Position numbers and translations under genes: made by a program
The notes under the pieces: model-generated
What the model saw: the letters and a program-made list of their open reading frames with translations, nothing else
Database searches by the model: none
What the model was told of the DNA's origin: nothing
In this document: in pieces, positions 42,370 to 51,053 of the stretch
How positions within the stretch are numbered: the first letter of the stretch is position 1
Layout: each line of letters begins with the position of its first letter
From: an uncultured Actinomycetota bacterium
GTDB lineage: Bacteria; Actinomycetota; Actinomycetes; Mycobacteriales; Nakamurellaceae
Direction of reading: 5' to 3'
Assembly: GCA_963829945.1 (NCBI GenBank)
Contig: CAWHKH010000015.1
Coordinates: forward strand, 10,621-74,620
DNA length: 64,000 nucleotides

Positions 42370-43840
42370 TCAGATGCCCGGCCGGGCGGCCACCCGGCCG
42401 TCCTGGACCGCCTGCAGGAGCGCGGCGTGGTCCTGGCGGTTCAGCGCGCTGTAGGCCATCGCGTAGTCCGCCATGGCCTCGTCGAACGCCGCCGACTTGC
42501 CCAGGTACGCCGCGATCGCGACCCGATCGCCGCCGCGCGCGTGCGCCCGCGCCATCGTCTGCCCGCACAGCCGGGCGTAGAACGCCATGCCCTCCGGCGA
42601 GAGGTTCTCCACGACGACGGATCCCTTGCCGTCGCGCAGTTGTCGCACGTAGAAGTCCCGCTGCAGGCCGTCGACCCCCTTGACCCGCTGCCAGCCCAGG
42701 AAGATGTCGGAGGTCATCTGGATCAGCCGCTGGCCCCTGACCACCCGCTCGCCCTGGTTGTGAAAGCGCTTGGCGGGCTTGACGTAGTCGGCCAGCACCG
42801 ACCGCTGCGCCTCCTTCGCCTGCAGCATGAGCGGATCGCCGGGGTCCGCGCCGTCCAGCAGGATGAGCCACGCCCGGGTGCCCACGCTGCCGACACCCAC
42901 CACCTTGAAGCCGATCTGGACGAGGCTGAATTCTTCGAGCAGCCGGCGGCGGTCGCTCTGCAGCGTCTTTCCGTAGGAGCGCAGCATCGCGGTGAGGAAC
43001 CCGTACCAGGCGTTCACGTCCTCGCCCCAGGCGACCAGCAGCTCCTCGCCCGGCATGATCAGGGGCGGGTCGTTGCGGAACTGCACCTGGCCGTCGATCG
43101 TGACGCACAGCTTGCGCATCGCGTCGGAGCTGTCCCGGTACAACGCCTTGTGCAGGTTGGCGCTGATCTGCTGCTCGGCGTCGAGGCCGACGCGCTTGCG
43201 CACCTCCTTGAGCAGCCCGGGGATGTCCTGATGGGCGTACCAGACGGAGAGGTTGCCCAGTGGCGCGAGCCGGCGCATCTCCTCGCGGTAGCCCTTCGCC
43301 GCGGCCAGCGCCGACTGGCGCGCCTTGCGATCGGAGTATCCGTTTGTGCCCGAGGCGACGGCGACGCTGGCCGAGAGCCGCTTGACGTCCCACTCGAAGG
43401 GGCCGGGGTGCGTCTCGTCGAAGTCGTTGATGTCGAAGGCCTGGAGCCGTTCGGGGGTGAGGTAGAAACCGAAGTTCGACAGGTGCGCGTCGCCGCACAG
43501 CTGGACCTCGAGTCCGGTGTGCGGCGTCGATCCCAGGTCCCGCGCCATGGGCAGTGCCGCTCCGCGGAAGAAGGTGAACGGGCTGGCCGTCATCCGGCCG
43601 TACCGGATCGGCACGAGGCGCGGAGACCCGGCTCGTCGCCTGCTGTTCCAGCAGGTCGACCGGATCCGGCCGAGGGCCGCGATGGGTCTCGGCGAGCTCC
43701 GCGAGCGGCATGCTCGTCCGCTGCGCCTTGCCGCCCGCGGCGCGCTCGGCGCGGGTCCGCCGGGCGGCCCGCACCCGCTTGGCATGCTCGGCGACCATCG
43801 GGTCGCCGCCGCGCATCGGGGTCACCGGTTCGGTGGTCAT
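42370..43840 (-). CDS. DUF2252 kinase-like protein (frameshift at ~43630)
   Basis: PIRYGRM..SPF.FFRG.A, CGDAHLSNFG, FDINDFDE, PFEWDVKRL, KVVGVGSVGT, YVRQL.D.K, ARAHAR.GD. Confidence 0.9.
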
Positions 43841-44388
43841 GCGCGCTCCTTCCCGTCGTCCTCGCGCGGCGGCGCCAGCAGCGGCGGCGCCCCGCCGCGC
43901 GACTTCATCGCGCGCTGCGCCGTGCTGGCGATCAGCTTGATCACGGCCCCGAGCACCACAAGGTTCAGCAGCATCTGCACGCTGACGATCATGCGCAGCG
44001 GGGTGGACACCGGCGTGATGTCCCCGAACCCGACGGTCGCGAACACCGTGACGGTGAAGTACAGCGCGGTGTTGTGGTCGAGCGGCTCGGAGAAGACCGC
44101 GGGATCGGCGAGCGACTGCGACAGGTACACGCGCGAGAACACCAGCAGGAAGAGCGGGATCACCAGGGCGAGCGACTCGATCGCCCTGGCGCCCGGATGC
44201 TTCGACTTCACGATCGCCGGCAGCTGCACCGCAACGACGACCCCGAAGCCGGCCAGGACCAGCAGCAGCCAGGCCCAGTCCGGTCCCTCGTTGCTGCCGG
44301 TCGCCGGGAGGGCGTAGTACGCCGCGAACAGCAACACCACCGTCACCGTGGACCGGATGATGCTCGCGACCAGCAGGCGGTGGGGCAC
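43837..44388 (-). CDS. Small potassium-channel family protein (Ion_trans_2)
   Basis: ALYFTVTVFATVGFGDITP pore/filter motif; its stop overlaps the DUF2252 ATG. Confidence 0.85.
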   Translation of the reverse strand: MPHRLLVASIIRSTVTVVLLFAAYYALPATGSNEGPDWAWLLLVLAGFGVVVAVQLPAIVKSKHPGARAIESLALVIPLFLLVFSRVYLSQSLADPAVFSEPLDHNTALYFTVTVFATVGFGDITPVSTPLRMIVSVQMLLNLVVLGAVIKLIASTAQRAMKSRGGAPPLLAPPREDDGKERA

Positions 44389-44391
44389 GAC

Positions 44392-44694
44392 TCAGCTGGT
44401 CTTGGCCCGGGACGATCGCGTGCGGCGCGGGTTCGCCTGCATCGGCGGCTCCGCCTCGGCGGTGGCCGCGGCATCGCTCCACTTGAGCTCGATCTCGAGT
44501 TCGGTTTCGCTGCCCTCGATCTCGATCTCGAGCTCCCACTCGACCCGGTCGGCGACACCGATCTTGATCTTGTCGTTGCCCCAGTCCACCTCCACGGTCG
44601 AGCCGCCGACGAGCGCGTTCCCGAGCTCGATCAGCCGCTGTCCGGCCTGCTTGCGGGTCAGGCCACCCGTGGACTTGATCTCGACGTTCGGCAT
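44392..44694 (-). CDS. Amphi-Trp domain protein
   Basis: LTR..A...L..L...L...ELEIEIE....ELEIELKW. Confidence 0.8.
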   Translation of the reverse strand: MPNVEIKSTGGLTRKQAGQRLIELGNALVGGSTVEVDWGNDKIKIGVADRVEWELEIEIEGSETELEIELKWSDAAATAEAEPPMQANPRRTRSSRAKTS

Positions 44695-44699
44695 GGCCG

Positions 44700-45257
44700 T
44701 CAGCTCGCCGGGGTCGGCGGGGTCGACGGGGTCGACGGGGTCGACGGGGTCGACGGGGTCGCGGTCGGCACGCCCGCCGAGTCGAGGTCGTGCGCCAGCT
44801 CCTTCTCGTCCTCCTCGGACAGCGAGGTCTTCAGCAGCCGGCCGCCGTACGGGCCGATCCGGTCCGCGAACTTGTCCTCGGTGATCTTCGAGGCCATCAC
44901 CACGACGGCCGCCTTGCCCGGCTCGAGCATCGCCTGCACCTGGCTGCGGAACTCGTCGTCGATGCCCGACTTGCCGAGCTTGCCGAAGAGGGCGCCCATC
45001 AGGCCGCCGAGGGCCGCGCCGAAGAACGGCACCAGGAACAGCAGGCCGAGCAGCATGCCCCACAGCGCGCCCGATGCGGCGCTCACGCCGACGATCTTCT
45101 GCGGCGTCTCGACGTGGCTCTTGCCCTCGGCGTCGACGTCGACGATGGCCAGCCCCTGCAGCTGGACGACGAAGTCCGACTGCATGCTCAGTACTTCGTT
45201 GTACGCGGCCGTCGCCTGTTCCTTGCTGTCGTAGCCGACCACGATGAGTTCCGACAT
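44700..45257 (-). CDS. DUF1269 membrane protein
   Basis: GA.WG.L.GLLF.VP..GAA.G...GAL.G, GIDD.F, LL.TSLS.E.E; GAAAGG RBS. Confidence 0.88.
   Translation of the reverse strand: MSELIVVGYDSKEQATAAYNEVLSMQSDFVVQLQGLAIVDVDAEGKSHVETPQKIVGVSAASGALWGMLLGLLFLVPFFGAALGGLMGALFGKLGKSGIDDEFRSQVQAMLEPGKAAVVVMASKITEDKFADRIGPYGGRLLKTSLSEEDEKELAHDLDSAGVPTATPSTPSTPSTPSTPPTPAS
44710..44760 (+). repeat. 9-bp tandem repeat GGGGTCGAC, about 5 copies (TPS coding tail of DUF1269)
   Basis: Visible directly in the sequence. Confidence 0.8.
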
Positions 45258-45371
45258 CGATGTGCCTTTCCTGGTGCTGGAGTGATGTTGTGCCCGCCGA
45301 TTCCGGCTTCGTGACCCTATGACCTCAGCCGCGTCTCCGACCAGCCCGGCCGCTCGGCCTATCCTTCCCGG

Positions 45372-45785
45372 ATGATCGAGCCGGGCGAGGGGGGCGGTGA
45401 GGGCAGCGGGGCCGCCGATCGACGCAGGCCACGCAGTGTCTACGGCGTCGGATCGGATCCCGACCCGCGCTTCTCGCTCGCGAACGAGCGGACGGCGCTG
45501 GCCTGGGTGCGGACCGGCCTCGCGTTCATCGCCGGCGGCGTGGCACTCACGTCGGTGGCGGCGATCTCGGACCTGCCGGCCGCCCTCGACGTGGTGGCCG
45601 TGCTGTCCTGCCTGTTCGGCGGTCTGACGGCGGTCACCGGGCTGGTCGGCTGGCGCAGCGCGGAGCGCGCTCTGCGCCTCCGCGAGCCGCTGCCGCCCCC
45701 CACCGCCCTGCGCTGGCTGGTCGGGTTCCTGGTGCTCGCCGCGATCGGGCTCGCCTGGTACGCGATCACCCAGTCGCCGGCGTGA
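45372..45785 (+). CDS. DUF202/YidH membrane protein
   Basis: DPRFSLANERTALAWVRT. Confidence 0.9.
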   Translation: MIEPGEGGGEGSGAADRRRPRSVYGVGSDPDPRFSLANERTALAWVRTGLAFIAGGVALTSVAAISDLPAALDVVAVLSCLFGGLTAVTGLVGWRSAERALRLREPLPPPTALRWLVGFLVLAAIGLAWYAITQSPA

Positions 45786-46099
45786 GCGCACCGGACGAGC
45801 CGCCCGGTGCGGCCGGCGAGCGGACCGCCCTCGCCTGGCAGCGCACCGCGCTGGGCGTGGTGGTCGGCTGCTTCCTGCTCGCGTTCCGCGCGCTCCTGCT
45901 CGACGAGGCCTGGCTCGCGGTCGGCGCCGGGAGCCTCGGCGTCATGCTCGCCGTGGGTTCCGTGATCACGCTGCCGTTGCGGCGCAACACCCCCGACGCG
46001 GCCGGCAGCGCCTGGCTGCTGCTGAGACTCGCCTGCGCCGCGGTGATCGCGCTGGGGCTCCTGGGCGTGGCGGCCGGCCTGGCGATGCTGGTGCGCTGA
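45782..46099 (+). CDS. DUF202 membrane protein (partner)
   Basis: ERTALAWQRT; GTGA overlap. Confidence 0.85.
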   Translation: MSAPDEPPGAAGERTALAWQRTALGVVVGCFLLAFRALLLDEAWLAVGAGSLGVMLAVGSVITLPLRRNTPDAAGSAWLLLRLACAAVIALGLLGVAAGLAMLVR

Positions 46100-46123
46100 T
46101 CCGTCGGACCCGGGGCCGCGACC

Positions 46124-47116
46124 CTAGCGCAGTGCCGGCACCACCTTCTGCTCGAACAGCTCGAGACCGGATGTGTCGTAGGCGATCTCGGGGAAGTAGC
46201 AGATGGCGTAGGACAGGCCCAGCGCCTGCAGCCGGGACAGGTTCTCGACCACCTGCTCGGGGGTGCCGACGCCCGGCATGCCGACGAAGGACGACATCTG
46301 CTGCTCGGCGCGATCGGGCCCCAGCAGCCGGGTGTACTTCTCCCTGAGCCAGTCCAGGCGGTCCTGCACGTCCCGCTCCGTCTCGCCGACGGCGATGTTG
46401 AAGTTGGCCGACCGGGTGATGCTGGCGAAGTCCCGGCCGGCGGCCGCGCAGTGGCCGGACAGCACCACGGACTTGTGCGCGAAGCCCGCCGGCGTGCCGT
46501 CGAAGTTGGTGTACTGCGCGTACTTCGCGGCGATGCGGAGGGTGACCTTCTCCCCGCCGCCGGCGATCCACAGCGGGATGCCGCCGTCCTGCAGCGGGAG
46601 CGGGCGCACGATCGCGCCGTCCACCTGGTAAATCCGTCCGTCCAGGGTCGCCGAGCCCGTGGTCCAGGCCTGGTGCATGATCTCGACGCCCTCCTCGAGC
46701 GCGCGCAGCCGCTCCCGCGGCGGCGGGAAGCCGTACCCGAACGCCCGCCACTCGTGCTCGTACCAACCGCCGCCGATGCCCATCTCGAGCCTGCCGCCGG
46801 ACACGATGTCCACGGTGGCGGCGACCTTCGCCAGGTACGCCGGATTGCGGTAGCTCATGCAGGTGCACATCTGGCCGAGCCGCACCCGGCTGGTGCTCGC
46901 GGCGTAGGCCGCCATCAGCGACCACGCCTCGTGCGTGGCCTCCTCGGTCGGTGTGGGCGTCGTGTGGAGGTGGTCGTAGACCCAGATCGACTCCCACGGA
47001 CCGCGGTCGGCGCGCGTCGCGAGGCCGGACATCGTCCGCCACTGGTCGGCCGGGTCGATGCCGACCAGGTCCATGCGCCAGCCCTGCGGGATGAACATGC
47101 CGAATCTGATCGTCAT
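46124..47116 (-). CDS. LLM-class F420-dependent oxidoreductase
   Basis: FGMFIPQGWR, WVYDH, YRNPAYLAK, GIGGGWYEHE, IAGGGEK.TL. Confidence 0.9.
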   Translation of the reverse strand: MTIRFGMFIPQGWRMDLVGIDPADQWRTMSGLATRADRGPWESIWVYDHLHTTPTPTEEATHEAWSLMAAYAASTSRVRLGQMCTCMSYRNPAYLAKVAATVDIVSGGRLEMGIGGGWYEHEWRAFGYGFPPPRERLRALEEGVEIMHQAWTTGSATLDGRIYQVDGAIVRPLPLQDGGIPLWIAGGGEKVTLRIAAKYAQYTNFDGTPAGFAHKSVVLSGHCAAAGRDFASITRSANFNIAVGETERDVQDRLDWLREKYTRLLGPDRAEQQMSSFVGMPGVGTPEQVVENLSRLQALGLSYAICYFPEIAYDTSGLELFEQKVVPALR

Positions 47117-47151
47117 GATCGCCAACGTAGTTCGTGCGCCATCATGGTCGC

Positions 47152-47961
47152 GTGACGGAACCCCTTGAGCTCCCGACGACCTGGTCGTACCTCATGGACA
47201 TGGACGGCGTGCTGGTGCACGAGGAGCACCTCATCCCGGGCGCGGACGAGTTCGTCGCCGAGATCACCGCCCGGGGCGTCAACTTCGTGGTGGTGACGAA
47301 CAACCCGATCTACACGCGGCGCGACCTGCGGGCGCGGCTGCTCGGCAGCGGGCTGGACATCCCCGAGGAGCGGATCTGGACATCGGCCCTCGCCACAGCG
47401 AAGTTCCTGGACTCCCAGCGGCCGAACGGCACCGCGTACGTCATCGGCGAGGTGGGCCTGACCACGGCCATGCATGAGGCCGGCTACGTGCTCACCGATC
47501 GCAACCCCGACTACGTGGTGCTGGGCGAGACCCGGACGTACTCGTTCGAGGCGATCACCACGGCGATTCGGCTGATCGAGCGGGGGTCGCGTTTCGTCTC
47601 CACGAACCCGGACCCGACGGGCCCGAGCCAGCAGGGCATCCTGCCCGCCGCCGGGGCGATCGCGGCGCTGATCGAGAAGGCGACGGGCAAGTCGCCGTAC
47701 TTCGTCGGCAAGCCCAACCCGCTGATGATGCGGTCCGCGCTACGCGCGATCGGCGCCCACTCCGGATCGACCATCATGGTCGGCGACCGCATGGACACCG
47801 ACGTCATCGCCGGGCTCGAGGCCGGACTGCGCACCGTGCTCGTGCTCAGCGGCATCTCCACCCCGCAGACCGTCGACCTCTACCCATACCGGCCCGACCT
47901 GGTCATCGGGTCGGTGGCTGACCTCGTGGGCCGGAGCCACGACCCCTTCGGGCTGCTCTGA
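47152..47961 (+). CDS. HAD-IIA hydrolase (NagD-like)
   Basis: DMDGVL, TNN, TNPD, GKPN, GDRMDTD. Confidence 0.92.
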   Translation: MTEPLELPTTWSYLMDMDGVLVHEEHLIPGADEFVAEITARGVNFVVVTNNPIYTRRDLRARLLGSGLDIPEERIWTSALATAKFLDSQRPNGTAYVIGEVGLTTAMHEAGYVLTDRNPDYVVLGETRTYSFEAITTAIRLIERGSRFVSTNPDPTGPSQQGILPAAGAIAALIEKATGKSPYFVGKPNPLMMRSALRAIGAHSGSTIMVGDRMDTDVIAGLEAGLRTVLVLSGISTPQTVDLYPYRPDLVIGSVADLVGRSHDPFGLL

Positions 47962-48417
47962 CATCCGCTCGGCCGACCGCTCGGCCGCGGTGCGCCGAGC
48001 CCGGCGGCGAGCGTGCCGCCAGACCAGCAGGCCGGCGAGGAGGTAGCCGATCACGGCGCCTGCGGTGTTTGCGATCACGTCGCGCATCGTCGCGTCGCGG
48101 TCCGGCAGCAGCGTCCGCTGCACGGTCTCGATGGAGGCCGCGACGAGCGCCGCGAGCGGGATCACCAGGGCGCGGGACCGGAGCAGGACCAGCGCGCCCA
48201 GCAGGCCGATCGGGACGAAGAGCAGCACGTTGGCGGCGGTCTCGACGAAGGCGAAGGTGATGAACTCCGGCAATCCGTGCGCGTGGGCCTTGATCAGCCA
48301 GGCGGCGAGCCCGGCCTGGGCGTCCGGCGCGGGCGGGCCGGGGGTCAGGGTGACGAGGGCGACTACGATGGCGTAGATCGTCAGCGCCGCGGCGGCCGCG
48401 ATCCGCAGTCGCGGCAT
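47740..48417 (-). CDS. VanZ family membrane protein (3' tail overlaps nagD antisense)
   Basis: E..ANVLLFVPIG, IE..Q...P.R....DV.ANT.GA; TACCAT 7 nt upstream of the ATG. Confidence 0.8.
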   Translation of the reverse strand: MPRLRIAAAAALTIYAIVVALVTLTPGPPAPDAQAGLAAWLIKAHAHGLPEFITFAFVETAANVLLFVPIGLLGALVLLRSRALVIPLAALVAASIETVQRTLLPDRDATMRDVIANTAGAVIGYLLAGLLVWRHARRRARRTAAERSAERMSEQPEGVVAPAHEVSHRPDDQVGPVWVEVDGLRGGDAAEHEHGAQSGLEPGDDVGVHAVADHDGRSGVGADRA

Positions 48418-48557
48418 CCGACCATGGTAAAGGCCGAATCCCAGCGGATTCCTCCGATTACCCGGGGTAGCGCGCTGCGTAACATCTCGATCACTGTCCG
48501 GCCTCAAGCACGCTCATCGCGATCCGGGCCCTCCGATCCGGCACTTACTCTCGCTGG

Positions 48558-49178
48558 GTGCGGTTCACCGTCGGCTTCGACCTCGACATGACCTTGATCG
48601 ACCCCCGCCGCGGGATGGTCGAGGTCTTCGACGTGCTGGCCGCCGAAACCGGGATCCCGCTCGACGGCCGGGCCTTCGTGACCCGGCTCGGCCCGCCGCT
48701 GGAACACGAGTTCGCCCGGTACCGGCTGGACGACGCCACCGTCGCCGCGCTGGTGGCCCGGTACCGCGAGCTGGTCATCCCGATGATCGTGCCGAGCACG
48801 GTGGCCCTGCCGGGCGCCCCCGAGGCGGTGGCCGCCGTGACCGATCGCGGCGGCCGGGCGGTCGTGGTGACGGCGAAGTTCGCCGCCAACGCGCGGGCGC
48901 ACCTCGACAGCCTCGGCATCGCCGTGTCCGCCGTGGTCGGCGAGGTCTGGGGCGTCGGCAAGGCCGCCGCGCTGCAGGAGCTCGGCGCGGAGGTCTACGT
49001 CGGCGATCACCTGGGCGACGTCAGCGGCGCCAGGGCGGCGGACGCCCTCGCGGTCGCGGTGGCGACGGGGCCGATCAGCGCCGAGGACCTCGCCGCGGCG
49101 GGCGCGGACGTGGTGCTGCCCGACCTCACCCGGTTCCCGCAGTGGCTGGAGTCCTACCTCGTCGCGACCGTGCACTGA
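48558..49178 (+). CDS. HAD family hydrolase (phosphoglycolate phosphatase-like)
   Basis: GFDLDMTLID, VTAK, K, YVGDH..D. Confidence 0.88.
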   Translation: MRFTVGFDLDMTLIDPRRGMVEVFDVLAAETGIPLDGRAFVTRLGPPLEHEFARYRLDDATVAALVARYRELVIPMIVPSTVALPGAPEAVAAVTDRGGRAVVVTAKFAANARAHLDSLGIAVSAVVGEVWGVGKAAALQELGAEVYVGDHLGDVSGARAADALAVAVATGPISAEDLAAAGADVVLPDLTRFPQWLESYLVATVH

Positions 49179-49214
49179 TTCGTGCACGGATTCGTGCACT
49201 GATTCGTCCACGGA
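49170..49214 (+). repeat. 12-bp tandem repeat GTGCAC(T/G)GATTC, about 3.7 copies, spanning the HAD stop
   Basis: Visible directly in the sequence. Confidence 0.8.
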
Positions 49215-49247
49215 CGCGGGCGATCGCCCCGGGCCGCCCGGATCGGC

Positions 49248-49631
49248 TCAGGCTGGCGGGGCGTGCGACACCAGGCCGACCAGGTTGCCCTCCGAGTCGC
49301 GGATGAACGCCTGGGTCTCGGCGAGCCCGGCCCGCCCGAACACCCCGTCGTGATCGGTGAAGATGACGTGCGGCTCGGCGACGATCTCCACGCCGGCGGA
49401 GCGCAGCTGGTGGACGGTCGCCTCCGCGTTGTCGACCCGCAGGTAGAGCATCGACGCCGGGGCATCGTGCTCGAGCAGCAGCCGGGTGCCGCCGAGGTCG
49501 ACGAACACCAGCGGGCCGTACCGGGCGATCAGCGGCAGGCCGAGCGTCTCGGTGTAGAAGGCCGTGGCGCGGTCGAGGTCCTGGGCGCCGAGTGCGACCT
49601 GGACCAGGTTGCCGACGGTGCCGCCCGTCAT
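49248..49631 (-). CDS. VOC/glyoxalase family protein
   Basis: DL.RA.AFY...LGL, F.RD.EGN. Confidence 0.88.
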   Translation of the reverse strand: MTGGTVGNLVQVALGAQDLDRATAFYTETLGLPLIARYGPLVFVDLGGTRLLLEHDAPASMLYLRVDNAEATVHQLRSAGVEIVAEPHVIFTDHDGVFGRAGLAETQAFIRDSEGNLVGLVSHAPPA

Positions 49632-49735
49632 CGGGCGGTCCGCTCGACGCTGGTGCCGCCCGTCATCGGGCGGTCCGGTCGACGCTGGTGCCGCCCGTCA
49701 TCGGGCGGTCCGCTCGACGCTGGTGCCGCCCGTCA
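49617..49735. repeat. 35-bp tandem repeat x3.4, MIRU-like, each unit with a hairpin and a mini-ORF
   Basis: GGTGCCGCCCGTCATCGGGCGGTCCG(C/G)TCGACGCT at 49617, 49652, 49687, partial at 49722. Confidence 0.9.
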
Positions 49736-50046
49736 CCGTGCCGCCCGACCCCGGTAGTGCCTGCGTGTTCGGCGGGTTCGGGCACGGCCGCTGCGGCCTC
49801 CCGGCTGGCCGCCCTGGCCTCCCGGTAGACCCCGTAGAGGGCGACGCCCAGGCCGAGCGGGGCGAGCATCGCGGTCAGGTTCAGCGCGAGCGGCAGGTCG
49901 TGTGCGCCCGAGGCGAACAGCACCATGATCACCACGATCGCGACGGCGCCGATGGTGAAGGCGATCATGGCCGCGCGGACCAGCGGCGATGCCCGGCGAC
50001 GGGTCACCGGGGGCATCGTGTGGACGGTCGCGCTGGGCTCGGGCAC
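49663..50046 (-). CDS. Small 2-TM membrane protein, C-terminus running into the repeat
   Basis: Two hydrophobic segments; start uncertain. Confidence 0.6.
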   Translation of the reverse strand: MPEPSATVHTMPPVTRRRASPLVRAAMIAFTIGAVAIVVIMVLFASGAHDLPLALNLTAMLAPLGLGVALYGVYREARAASREAAAAVPEPAEHAGTTGVGRHGDGRHQRRADRPMTGGTSVDRTAR

Positions 50047-50150
50047 GCGCCAAGGATAGTGCCGGGGGAACAGTAGGCTGGTAGCTCGCTGCCAGGGGGA
50101 GTCCGATGCGGGCGGCGCATTCGAGTTCGACGTGAGACAAGGTGATGTTG

Positions 50151-50540
50151 GTGCCCAGCGGCAAGGTCAAGTGGTACGACGCTGACAAGGGTTTCGGGTT
50201 CATCGCGCAGGAGGGCGGCGGCGTCGACGTGCACGTCCGGTCCTCGGCGCTGCCGTCCGGGGTGGCGACGCTGAAGCCGGGTCAGAAGGTCGAGTTCGGC
50301 GTGGCCGATGGCAGGCGCGGGCCGCAGGCGCTGCAGGTCACCGTCATCGACGCGCCGCCGTCCGTCGTCGCCGCCACCCGGCGGCCGGCGGAGGAGCTGC
50401 ACGGGCTGGTCGACGACATGATCAAGCTGCTGGAGTCGAAGGCGCTGCCTGATCTGCGGCGCGGCCGTTACCCGGACCGCGCGGTCGGCGGCCGGATCGC
50501 CCAGGTGCTGCGCGCCGTCGCCGCCGAACTCGACGCCTGA
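50151..50540 (+). CDS. cspB: Cold-shock domain protein with C-terminal extension (CspB/Rv0871-like)
   Basis: [33 protein letters not shown]. Confidence 0.88.
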   Translation: MPSGKVKWYDADKGFGFIAQEGGGVDVHVRSSALPSGVATLKPGQKVEFGVADGRRGPQALQVTVIDAPPSVVAATRRPAEELHGLVDDMIKLLESKALPDLRRGRYPDRAVGGRIAQVLRAVAAELDA

Positions 50541-50555
50541 CCTGCCGGGCGCAGC

Positions 50556-51053
50556 TCAGGCCGCGACCGGCTCGATCAGCACCAGCCAGCCGCGGGTGGC
50601 CGCGAAGTCGACGCCGCCCTGCTCGCCCTCGGTCAGGATGAACCCGCTCTGCACCTCGACGTAGGTCAGCTGGTCCGTCTCGTCGAAGGGGTGCAGCGTG
50701 TACGCGAGCCGCCCGTCGGTGAACACCTCGGAGCGCCCGTCGGACAACTCGCCGTCCGCGTCGACGTAGCGGAAGTACACCTGCCATGGCGTGCCGCCGA
50801 TGTCCTCGGGGACGTTGATCTGGACCGCGCCGCCCTGCCGGACGGTCATCCTGGCCACCTCCTCCGGCGGCATCTCGGTGCAGGCCACGGTCAGCGTCGC
50901 CGCGTCGGGGGTGCACCAGCGGCTCGGCCCGGTGTCCACCGCGGTGCGGTTGGCGTAGAACGTGACGTCCGGCCGGGGCGCCTCGCACCCGGCCACCGCG
51001 AGCGCCGTCATCACGGCGCAGATCGAGATGACCAGCCGGCGCGGGACTCTCAC
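50556..51053 (-). CDS. DUF2771-like lipoprotein
   Basis: Lipobox LAVAGC, P..WC, I.VP..I...PW; synteny with the MFS gene. Confidence 0.7.
   Translation of the reverse strand: MRVPRRLVISICAVMTALAVAGCEAPRPDVTFYANRTAVDTGPSRWCTPDAATLTVACTEMPPEEVARMTVRQGGAVQINVPEDIGGTPWQVYFRYVDADGELSDGRSEVFTDGRLAYTLHPFDETDQLTYVEVQSGFILTEGEQGGVDFAATRGWLVLIEPVAA

Noticed and set aside
44710-44760. 9-bp repeat as a regulatory element
   Set aside because: In-frame low-complexity TPS tail of DUF1269.
47740-47961. Functional 222-bp antisense overlap between VanZ and nagD
   Set aside because: The tail is just the antisense shadow of nagD, and stops are scarce at high GC. No evidence of function.
49617-49735. CRISPR array (35-bp hairpin repeats)
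   Set aside because: Units are directly abutting with no spacers, and there are no cas genes.
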